Assembly (NCBI GenBank): GCA_964387625.1
Contig: CAYLWN010000001.1
Location: 35,560 to 99,559, forward strand
Direction: 5' to 3'
DNA length: 64,000 nt
Source: an uncultured Gammaproteobacteria bacterium
Lineage (GTDB): Bacteria; Patescibacteriota; Microgenomatia; UBA10105
Shown here: in pieces, positions 21,294 through 29,975 of the stretch
Position numbering within the stretch: position 1 is the first letter of the stretch
How the letters are laid out: every line of letters starts with the position of its first letter
Made by a program: the position numbers and the translations under genes
The notes under the pieces: generated by a model
Seen by the model: the letters and a program-made list of their open reading frames with translations, nothing else
The model's database searches: none
What the model was told of the DNA's origin: nothing

Positions 21294-22301
21294 TTATCCC
21301 TTTTTTATTCCAGATGCAGAGTAATATTCTCGGGTTTGCATAGCTTGTTCAAGTAATTTACCTGGTGTATAAAACCTATCACCTAAAATTACACGATCCA
21401 ATATCGGCTTATTATTTTTATCTACTAATTTATTTATTATAAGAGAGCCTTCATTACAAGCGACAAATAAGGAATTTGAATTAATTCGGTATATGATACC
21501 AGTTTGAAAAGGATGAAATTTACCGTCAGTTGTAATACAATAACAATCTTTAATCCTGACTAATTTTCCGTTTAAAAATGTCATAGCACCAGGATAAGGA
21601 TCATCAAAGGCGCAAATGAAACTTTCAATATCAAAAAGTGTCCAACTCCAGTCGATGTATGCGTGTTTATTGGTTGCTAGTCTTGGCCAGTAACTGCTGA
21701 AATATTCAGTTTGTGAAATATGTTTAAATTCGTTATTTTTCTCTATTTTTTTAATAAATGACCCAATAAATTTTAGGTATTGATTCGTAGAAAATTTTTG
21801 AAAATCTAAAGAAATACGACAAAAGGCAGGAAATACATATTCTTCGTAATATACGATATCTCCGGTATCTACTCCGTCGTCAATTAAATGAATTAGGTTA
21901 AATCCTTGCCGGTCTTTCCGTAATATTCTCCAGGAGAATCCACCGCCACCTCTGTCCTGAGGAAGTTTACTACCATGTAGATTAATTAATCTAGAATTAA
22001 ATTTTCTAATAAAACTTGATTTAAAAATCCAAGCAGCTCCTATTGAAATACCTAAAGTAGTTGGAGTGATAATTTCATCAATAATTTTATTATTTAAATT
22101 GGATAATGAAATGTAAGGAATTTTATTCTTATTTAATAATGTGGCTAAAGTAATTCCTATATCAGGAAGGATTTCATTAACGTGTCGTGGGCTGGTGACA
22201 ACAGTAATTTTTTTTTCTTGTTTAGTTAGGGTAATTGCCAATTCACCCAATAATTTTCCGCCGCCAAGAAGTAAATAATGGTCAATTTTTCCAAATCGCA
22301 T
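21294..22301 (-). CDS. Sugar N-formyltransferase (Fmt/ArnA-like N- and C-domains)
   Basis: INLHGSKLP..RG, IHLIDDGVDTGDI, IDW, AFDDPYPGA. Confidence 0.82.
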   Translation of the reverse strand: MRFGKIDHYLLLGGGKLLGELAITLTKQEKKITVVTSPRHVNEILPDIGITLATLLNKNKIPYISLSNLNNKIIDEIITPTTLGISIGAAWIFKSSFIRKFNSRLINLHGSKLPQDRGGGGFSWRILRKDRQGFNLIHLIDDGVDTGDIVYYEEYVFPAFCRISLDFQKFSTNQYLKFIGSFIKKIEKNNEFKHISQTEYFSSYWPRLATNKHAYIDWSWTLFDIESFICAFDDPYPGAMTFLNGKLVRIKDCYCITTDGKFHPFQTGIIYRINSNSLFVACNEGSLIINKLVDKNNKPILDRVILGDRFYTPGKLLEQAMQTREYYSASGIKKG

Positions 22302-22584
22302 AATTCAACTTTCCCGAACAGAAATTTGTCTGCCTTTAAGATAGGATTTAATCCGTACTATATCATAGTCTTTTAAAAAAAACATTTTTAATAACATTTT
22401 TTACAGTTGTTTTTCTAGCCTTTTTTATAATCTAATTTTGTTTTGTTTCCCAATTTCAGAAGATATTAAGTACTCCAATAATCAAAATAAATAGATTCCT
22501 GGTTATTAAATAAAATACAACATTAACAACGAAGTTGTTGATTAATAAAATTAATTTAGAATTTTTAACGGCGTAAACAATTAA

Positions 22585-23895
22585 TTATGTGAGGCGAAAA
22601 AATCCTTTATGAGCAGAAGTGCTTTTTAGATGGCTTTCGATATTGTTTTCTTTTATATATTTAGATAATAGTGAAAAAGTAGTATCCAAATGTTTAAGAT
22701 AATTATTTATATGGTTAACTTTATGAGCATATGAAACGTAAAATGCATTAGTTACCAAAAAACCCTTTTCAAGCATGATCTGGATCATCAGTGTTTTTAT
22801 TGCCTGACTATTTGGATAATTAAATTCAAAATGACTTAGAGGATAAATACCGCTAATTGTGATATTAATGTGATTTTTGGATGCAATTTTACGCCATCCA
22901 TTCTGAACAAATTTACCAATTTTATTTATATAAGGAATTATTTTTTTTGTTTTAATAAATTTTATAGTTGCTAAAGCAGTTGTTGGTCCACATCTGTCTG
23001 TCCAAAAAGTGCTGCTAATAAACGAGTCCTGAGCTGCATTCATAAAACTAGATTTTCCTATAATAGCTGCCATGGGAAAACCATTGCTAATAGCTTTTCC
23101 TAAAACAGCAATATCCGGATTAATGTCTAATTTCAAATGGGCGCCTCCCAAACTTAATCTGAATCCAGCAGTAACTTCATCAAAAATTAAAGCGACACCA
23201 TATTTTTGGGTCCGAGATCTGATGGTGGTTAGAAAATCCTTATTGGGATAAGTATTTCGAATAGGTTCCATCACTACTGCTGCCAAATCTTTTTTTAGTT
23301 GATCAAATTTTTGAGTGAATTCTAATAAATTATTATAAGTAAACGGTACAGCGGTTCCAAGAAGACTACGAGGAACACCCTTAGATTCAAGACCAGGTAA
23401 TAAATGATCATCAAGAGCTTTGTCGTTATTTAAATTAGCTGCCAAATACCAGTCATGCCAACCATGGTAACCGCAAAAAAGGATTTTGTCTTTACCAGTT
23501 GCAGCACGAGCAATTCTTACTGCAATAGCCATTGCTTCACCACCGGTTCGGCTATAACGCACTTGTTGTGCCCAAGGATGAAGTTTAATAAGTAACTTAG
23601 CCAATTCAACTTCTTCCGGATTATTGAGAGTACACATATTTCCTTTGTTAATTGCATTTAACGCTGCGTTGTCAATCTCTTTATTAGCATATCCAATAAT
23701 ACTCGCGCCTATGCCCATATAGCTCATATCAAAATAATGTCGACCATCTAAATCCCAAACCTCACATCCTTTTGCTCTTGAATAATATGCAGGCCAAAGA
23801 TCCGGTAAAAACATTTCAGGACGTTTGGATAAAAGCTGAGTACCTCCGGGAATAATTTGTTTTGCAATTTTATATAAACGTTGTGATTTGTCCAT
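22585..23895 (-). CDS. Class III PLP aminotransferase (HemL/GSA-like, glycan-cluster type)
   Basis: IPGGTQLLSKRPEMF, AKGCEVWDLDG, TGGEA, GYHGWHDW, FDEVTAGFR, GKAISNG. Confidence 0.88.
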   Translation of the reverse strand: MDKSQRLYKIAKQIIPGGTQLLSKRPEMFLPDLWPAYYSRAKGCEVWDLDGRHYFDMSYMGIGASIIGYANKEIDNAALNAINKGNMCTLNNPEEVELAKLLIKLHPWAQQVRYSRTGGEAMAIAVRIARAATGKDKILFCGYHGWHDWYLAANLNNDKALDDHLLPGLESKGVPRSLLGTAVPFTYNNLLEFTQKFDQLKKDLAAVVMEPIRNTYPNKDFLTTIRSRTQKYGVALIFDEVTAGFRLSLGGAHLKLDINPDIAVLGKAISNGFPMAAIIGKSSFMNAAQDSFISSTFWTDRCGPTTALATIKFIKTKKIIPYINKIGKFVQNGWRKIASKNHINITISGIYPLSHFEFNYPNSQAIKTLMIQIMLEKGFLVTNAFYVSYAHKVNHINNYLKHLDTTFSLLSKYIKENNIESHLKSTSAHKGFFRLT

Positions 23896-23904
23896 GAATT
23901 AATC

Positions 23905-24675
23905 CTAAATAACAACTTTCTTATCTAATTTAAGAGATTTTTGATAGCCAATATTTCTAGAGATATATTTATTAATATTTTCCAGTTCCGGGTGTTTTTG
24001 AATGAATTTGATTATATCACTTATGCTAAAATACGGTTTTATATTATATAATCCTTGGTAGATTTTTTTAATAAATTTATAATCTTCCGGATAATCAAGT
24101 GTCCACCTTTTGTTTGAAAGGTCGATAGAGTTTTTAAAATCAAAAATTGAGAACAATTTTGGATGTTTATAAATAAAAGACGTGACATGTTCACGTTCAG
24201 ACAATAATTTTGCTTTTTGCCAGGTTTTTTTTAAAGTTAAATAAGTCATAATTTCAATATCTTCACCATCCGGATAAGTAGGAGGCTGACTATTTGTAGA
24301 ATAATCATTTTTTTGTTTTTCATGGCATAATATCATTTGATCTACCAATTGAGGATCAATCAACGGGCAATCCGAAGTTATACGGATGATGTTTTGTAAT
24401 TGGAATAATCTGGCTGCTTGATAATAGCGATCTAAAACATCATTAGTTGATCCACAATAAACATGTGTTTGTAAATTAAAACAAATTTTCAAAATTTCCA
24501 GATCTTTTTTTTCAATTGTGGTTGCAATAATTAAGATAGAAGACTTTTTAACCCTATTAAGTCTTCTAATTATGTGTTCTAAAACAGTTTTTTTACAAAT
24601 TGGTAAAAGTATTTTATTCGGTAAACGAGTAGATCCGCATCTAGCCTGCACAACGATACCGTATTTATGTGACAT
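23905..24675 (-). CDS. spsF: SpsF/PseF-like CMP-nonulosonate synthetase (cytidylyltransferase)
   Basis: QARCGSTRLPNK, GS..DVLDRY, RITSDCPL, PDGEDIE, REHVT, RWTLDYPED. Confidence 0.85.
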   Translation of the reverse strand: MSHKYGIVVQARCGSTRLPNKILLPICKKTVLEHIIRRLNRVKKSSILIIATTIEKKDLEILKICFNLQTHVYCGSTNDVLDRYYQAARLFQLQNIIRITSDCPLIDPQLVDQMILCHEKQKNDYSTNSQPPTYPDGEDIEIMTYLTLKKTWQKAKLLSEREHVTSFIYKHPKLFSIFDFKNSIDLSNKRWTLDYPEDYKFIKKIYQGLYNIKPYFSISDIIKFIQKHPELENINKYISRNIGYQKSLKLDKKVVI

Positions 24676-25642
24676 AATGTTTTGTATTTTTTATATTTAA
24701 AGCAATTCTTAATGTTTGTGAAGCTGATATAACTGAATTTAAGGTATTTCGTTTTTGTTTAACACAGTCCAGAAAATATTTGATTTCATCTATATACATT
24801 TGATTTAAATTATAAGATCTAGGTTCTTCAATCAATTGCCATTTCTTGGTGTTGTGGGAATAAATCTTTACTAAATGTTCTGAAAAATTCCATATGATTG
24901 TGCCTTTTTCGCCGATTATTTTACAATTTCGTGAATAATTATGTTGTAAATAGTCAAGGTGAATATTTACAATCGGGCCTGACTCGAATTTTAAAAGGAC
25001 ATCAGCTACGTCTTCAGTGTCAATATCTAATTTAGATACCTTACCATACATAGATATTTGTTTAATTATTTTTCCAAAAAACCAAATTGCATAATCGAGT
25101 TCATGAATTCCATCAAGAATAATACCGCCTCCCATTATTTTTTGCGCAGAATATGTTTTTCGATAATTGTTTTTTCTCCATTCGGGTAAGTACGAACCTG
25201 ATTCAATATGTGCTGCGTATAATTTACCAATTATTTTCTTTGAGATTAACTCTTTAATCTTACGTATTGCCCAGTAATAACGCATATTACATCCAACCAT
25301 AGTTGTTAAATTTTTATCATCTATTATTGTTAATAATCTTTTTATACTCTTTAAATTGTTTGATAAAGGTTTTTCAATAAAAATGTGGCAACCCATATGA
25401 GCAGCTTTAATAGCATATGATATATGTGTATAAGTTGGAGTATTTATAAAAACTATGTTAGGTAATTGTTGCCAAATACTGTTTATCTTGTTGCAAAAAA
25501 CAACAGAAGGCAGTATTTTTTTAGCCTTAAAAATTTGTCCCTTGGAAGTATCAAAAATAATTACATCCCGATATCCAAGTTTTGATAAATTATTCAAATG
25601 TCGTAAACCTATTGAGCCTACACCAATTAGCGCTATTTTCAT
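24665..25642 (-). CDS. Gfo/Idh/MocA NAD(P)-dependent oxidoreductase
   Basis: GVGSIGLRH, IEKP, GCNMRY, SYLPEWR, GGGIILDGIHELD, DTED. Confidence 0.9.
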   Translation of the reverse strand: MKIALIGVGSIGLRHLNNLSKLGYRDVIIFDTSKGQIFKAKKILPSVVFCNKINSIWQQLPNIVFINTPTYTHISYAIKAAHMGCHIFIEKPLSNNLKSIKRLLTIIDDKNLTTMVGCNMRYYWAIRKIKELISKKIIGKLYAAHIESGSYLPEWRKNNYRKTYSAQKIMGGGIILDGIHELDYAIWFFGKIIKQISMYGKVSKLDIDTEDVADVLLKFESGPIVNIHLDYLQHNYSRNCKIIGEKGTIIWNFSEHLVKIYSHNTKKWQLIEEPRSYNLNQMYIDEIKYFLDCVKQKRNTLNSVISASQTLRIALNIKNTKHYVT

Positions 25643-25774
25643 ATTTTTCTGGTTATTAGTTAAATAACTAAAAAGTATATATTGAGTAAAAATTTATATA
25701 TTAAAATTAACTAATAAAAAAATAACTATTGTATAGAACTTGAGATTAGGCCTATTGTATGCTACATTCATACC

Positions 25775-26764
25775 ATGTTTAACTGGTCAAAACAAGTAAT
25801 TCTATTAACAGGAGGTACTGGTTCGTTTGGACAAGCATTCACTAAAACTGTATTAAAACTACATCCACCAAAAAGTTTACGGATTTATAGTCGGGATGAA
25901 TATAAACAATTCGAAATGGAAAAAATAATTTCTCATCCGCATGTAAGATATTTAATTGGTGATGTAAGAGATAAAGATAGATTACAAAGAGCTATGGATG
26001 GCGTAACCCTTGTTATTCATGCAGCCGCGATGAAACAAATAGAGGCTTGTGAATACAATCCCACTGAAGCAATTAAAACCAATATAAACGGAAGTATGAA
26101 TGTAATAGAAACCGCTTTAAATGCAAATGTGGAAAAAGTAATGGGCATAATTACAGATAAAGCTGTATCTCCTGTTAATTTATATGGAGCTACTAAATTG
26201 TGTATGGAAAAACTTATGATACAAGGAAATGTTTATACAGGTAAAAATAAAACTACTATCAGTTGTGTTAGATATGGAAACGTTGCGGGAAGCAGAGGGA
26301 GCGTAATTCCGGTTTTCATAAAACAAAAAGAAAACGGAAAATTCACCGTAACTCATAAAGACATGACTAGGTTTTGGATTACTTTAGAAGAAGCAGTGGC
26401 ATTTGTTATATCATCTATTGAAAAAATGAAAGGTGGGGAAGTATTTATTCCCAAAATGCCAAGTTTTAAAATTATAGATTTAGTTAAAGCAATAGATTCT
26501 AAAGTAAAAATACAATATATAGGAGTTAGATCCGGAGAAAAAATTCATGAGGATTTGGTATCGCAACACGAATCAAGAAATATTGCAGAGTTTAAAAATT
26601 ATTATATTCTATCACCTGATTTTGAATTTTGGAATGATAATAAAAAAACAAATAATAATGGAAATAATAAGGTTATTGTTAATTTTTCCTATAATAGTGG
26701 TAATAATAAATTTTTTCTTACAGTTAAGCAACTAGAAAAACAAATAAGTAATCTTCTTGTATGA
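25775..26764 (+). CDS. pseB: UDP-GlcNAc 4,6-dehydratase (inverting), PseB/FlaA1
   Basis: TGGTGSFG, SRDEYKQ, HAAAMKQ, EYNP.EAIKTN, TDKA, NLYGATK, RYGNVAGSRGSV, MTRFW, GEKIHE. Confidence 0.9.
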   Translation: MFNWSKQVILLTGGTGSFGQAFTKTVLKLHPPKSLRIYSRDEYKQFEMEKIISHPHVRYLIGDVRDKDRLQRAMDGVTLVIHAAAMKQIEACEYNPTEAIKTNINGSMNVIETALNANVEKVMGIITDKAVSPVNLYGATKLCMEKLMIQGNVYTGKNKTTISCVRYGNVAGSRGSVIPVFIKQKENGKFTVTHKDMTRFWITLEEAVAFVISSIEKMKGGEVFIPKMPSFKIIDLVKAIDSKVKIQYIGVRSGEKIHEDLVSQHESRNIAEFKNYYILSPDFEFWNDNKKTNNNGNNKVIVNFSYNSGNNKFFLTVKQLEKQISNLLV

Positions 26765-28647
26765 ATACAACGGTAATACTCACCTCTTCTGATTCAGAAG
26801 TTAAATTTGCAATTTCATACCAAAAATCAAATGCTGATAAAAAAGTAATTATTTTAACACCAACTTTAACAGGACAAAAACTATTACGTAATTTAGGATT
26901 AAATTATTTTGATTATTTTAAATATGGTCACGTGAGCCATTCAGATTATTATCAAAAATATTTTTGGAATTTTGAAATTAAAGTAACTTATTTGGTACAA
27001 AAAGTTTTAAAAAATCTTGTAGCAAGATTTCCAGATTTTAAAAAATGGATTTTACCAAATCAGGATTGGTTAGAATTAGTTTATTTAGAAGTATTGGATA
27101 CTTATCAATACTGGCTTTCAATTAATAAATTATTACCCGGATCCCATTATTTGAAATTTTATTATCATAATAAAATACGTACTGACATATATTATCCCTA
27201 TCAAAGTCAAATGCAAATATTATCAATGTTCGTTCCCAAACATAGAATAACTATTATTGATAAACATAATTTTTTAGAAAAAATTATTAAAATATTTATA
27301 AATCTCTACATTTATATTCAGATTATTCCCAACTTATTGATTAATGTTAATACAATAATACACCGATTAATTACTAATTATTTAACTGATAAAAAATTAT
27401 ATAAAACAGATATTTTGATATATTCTGCAGGTAGAAATCTTCTTTATTATGAAAGTTTAATCAAATTACTAAATAAAGAAAAAATATACAAAGGAATTCA
27501 AATTCTTACTGGTTTTCAAACTATCGAAGATGAAGTTGTATTGAATAATACAGGTTTTAAATATATTTCTGCAAATAATGTTATTCCTAACGAATTTAAC
27601 AAGAAAAAGGATAATCTTAAAAAGAAGTTAATAAGTCGCCTTAAGAATATATATACCAGCTATGATTACTCAACCTGTTTAAGTGGTTTTCCAAAATTAG
27701 TTGAAGAAATTTTAATATCAAAGACAAAAGAAGTATTAATTACAAATATTTCAAAAATTATTTCTCAAACAGATATAGCTGAATATTCAATCAAGATGAT
27801 AAAACCACGACTATTGATTACAACTCACGATCCAGGTCCTACTGCATTGCCATTTGTGTTAGCGGCAAAAAAAATGAAAATAAAATCATTATTATTAATG
27901 CATGGATGGCAAAATACACTTATTGGGAATAGATATTATAGTGATTATATTGTTGTTTGGGGAAAATATATAGCTAAATGGTATAAAAAAAGATTAAGGT
28001 ATAATCCAAAAAAAATATTAGCAATAGGATATCCTGCTTTAGATAAATATTTTAAAAATAAGCAGGCTTTTTGGAAAAAAAGACAAATTCTTCCTACGTT
28101 CAAACAAAAAACCAATTTGGGATTGTTATTAACAATGTATTTACCAAACACAGCATTATTATCAAAATTTCTTACTGAACTATTTTGTGAATTAAGAAAC
28201 AATCACAATTTTATTATTAACATCAGACTTCATCCAGGGCAACCCTCTGATGGATTTAAAACACTGGCAAAAGAATTTGGTATAAACGCTAGATTTGGTC
28301 AATCTGTGACTCTTGATAATTTTATTAAAAATAATGATTTTTTGTTGGTTTGGGATACCACCGCAATTATTTGGTGTATGATTTATGGTAAACCATTGTT
28401 TTATTGTGCTCCCAATTGGGGTTTGGGTATAACGCCGATAAATAAATTTGGCGGAGCTTGGTTGGTTAATAGTCCTTCTGATTTATTGATTAAAATTGAA
28501 AATTATATAAAAAATCCAAAAATTATATATAAGTTACATAAAAAGCAAAAAATTTTTTTAAAAAATATAATGGGAATAATTGATGGATCTTCATCAAAAA
28601 GACATAAAAATTTAATTCTAAATTTACTAAAAAGATCTAAATATTAA
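26761..28647 (+). CDS. Uncharacterised GT-B-like protein, candidate nonulosonyl- or glycerophosphotransferase
   Basis: C-terminal half has MHG, DYIVVWG, GYPALD, IRLHP, DTTA..GKP and DG.SS.R; ATGA-coupled to pseB. Confidence 0.55.
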   Translation: MNTTVILTSSDSEVKFAISYQKSNADKKVIILTPTLTGQKLLRNLGLNYFDYFKYGHVSHSDYYQKYFWNFEIKVTYLVQKVLKNLVARFPDFKKWILPNQDWLELVYLEVLDTYQYWLSINKLLPGSHYLKFYYHNKIRTDIYYPYQSQMQILSMFVPKHRITIIDKHNFLEKIIKIFINLYIYIQIIPNLLINVNTIIHRLITNYLTDKKLYKTDILIYSAGRNLLYYESLIKLLNKEKIYKGIQILTGFQTIEDEVVLNNTGFKYISANNVIPNEFNKKKDNLKKKLISRLKNIYTSYDYSTCLSGFPKLVEEILISKTKEVLITNISKIISQTDIAEYSIKMIKPRLLITTHDPGPTALPFVLAAKKMKIKSLLLMHGWQNTLIGNRYYSDYIVVWGKYIAKWYKKRLRYNPKKILAIGYPALDKYFKNKQAFWKKRQILPTFKQKTNLGLLLTMYLPNTALLSKFLTELFCELRNNHNFIINIRLHPGQPSDGFKTLAKEFGINARFGQSVTLDNFIKNNDFLLVWDTTAIIWCMIYGKPLFYCAPNWGLGITPINKFGGAWLVNSPSDLLIKIENYIKNPKIIYKLHKKQKIFLKNIMGIIDGSSSKRHKNLILNLLKRSKY

Positions 28648-28701
28648 TTTTTTTAAAACTTTTCGATAAATAAAAGTGAATATAACTTTAGGATCTTTTC
28701 A

Positions 28702-29937
28702 TTAAATAATCTTTATTTTGGGAACAGGAATGATGAATTTACCGCCATTTTTGCTGTATTTAACTTGTTTGTTTATAATTTCTTTTACAAAATTCCAGGC
28801 TAAAATTAACACATAATCTGGTTGACGGTTAATGATTTCTATTTCAGGATAAATAGGAATATGTGTGCCTGGAGTATAAAGACCTTGTTTATATGATGTT
28901 GAGTCTACTATGAAATCAATTAATTTATTATCAATTTTGCTGTAGTTTAATAATATGTTGCCCTTTGCTGCTGCGCCATATCCGGCAATTGTTTTTCCCT
29001 GTATTTTTAATTTTTTTAATGTTTTTTTTAGTAATTTACATAATTGTTTTACATTTTTTGCAAACTTAATATAAGTTTTTGCATCATACAAGCCAACTTT
29101 TATTTCTTGCTGAAACAGTTTATTTATTTGATTATTTATTTTATATACTGATGATTTTTTAGCTAAAAATATTCTTAAAGAACCTCCATCAATTGACGTG
29201 CGTTGAACATCAATAAGTTTAAGATTGGATCGTTTGATTAGATAAATTAATGGCTTAATTGAAAAGTATGATAGATGTTCATGGTAAATCGTATCGAATT
29301 GATTTTTCCGTATTAAGTCCAATAAATAAGGAAACTCACAGATAAAAACTCCATTATCTGATAATAATTGTTCCACAGAAAGCAATAAGTCTGGTAAATC
29401 ACTGATATGTGCTACCACATTGGTAGCTGTAATAATATCTGCTGAACCATATTTGGATTTAATTTTTTTGGACAACTTAATAGATATGTAATCGTTAATT
29501 GTTTCAATACCTTTAAGAACTGCAATTTTAGCTAAATTTTCAGCCGGATCAATGCCAAGTGTACGGTATCCCAATCCCTTAAAATATGAAAGCATGCTGC
29601 CATCATTGCTTCCAATGTCAATTATCAGAGAATTTGATTTTAATTTAAATTTTTTTTGAGCTTGTAAAGCTATAGTTTCAAAATTGTTCATTCTGGTTTT
29701 TGAAGATGATGGAATATAAACATAATTTTTAAACATTTCCTCCGGATTTACTATTTCCGTAAGTTGTACTAGACCGCAAATATTACAATAACCAGCAGTG
29801 AGTGGATAGAATTTTTCTGATTTTTTTAACTGTTCTTTGGTTAAAAAGCCATTTGGTAAAGGAATTGAGCCAAAAGCAAAAAATTTGGTTATTTTTCTAC
29901 TATTACAAATACGACATTTCGTAATTTTTTTAATCAT
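28702..29937 (-). CDS. NDP-hexose C-methyltransferase, copy 2
   Basis: CRIC..CNIC, DIGSNDG, NVVAH, YHEHLSY, DGGSLR, GYGAAAKGN, LAWNF; full-length paralog of 11654..12892. Confidence 0.9.
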   Translation of the reverse strand: MIKKITKCRICNSRKITKFFAFGSIPLPNGFLTKEQLKKSEKFYPLTAGYCNICGLVQLTEIVNPEEMFKNYVYIPSSSKTRMNNFETIALQAQKKFKLKSNSLIIDIGSNDGSMLSYFKGLGYRTLGIDPAENLAKIAVLKGIETINDYISIKLSKKIKSKYGSADIITATNVVAHISDLPDLLLSVEQLLSDNGVFICEFPYLLDLIRKNQFDTIYHEHLSYFSIKPLIYLIKRSNLKLIDVQRTSIDGGSLRIFLAKKSSVYKINNQINKLFQQEIKVGLYDAKTYIKFAKNVKQLCKLLKKTLKKLKIQGKTIAGYGAAAKGNILLNYSKIDNKLIDFIVDSTSYKQGLYTPGTHIPIYPEIEIINRQPDYVLILAWNFVKEIINKQVKYSKNGGKFIIPVPKIKII

Positions 29938-29975
29938 ATATAAGTGTAGTGAATTTTATAGTGAAAATACTGTTT

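Noticed and set aside
21294-23895. Fmt (initiator tRNA formylation) and HemL (tetrapyrrole synthesis) calls
   Set aside because: Context and divergent motifs (NLHGSKLP; GGTQLLSKRP) fit sugar-modifying paralogs.
25657-25670. Palindrome tagtta-aa-taacta in the pseB divergent spacer as an operator or recombination site
   Set aside because: Short, AT-rich and seen only once, with no regulator or recombinase in the window.
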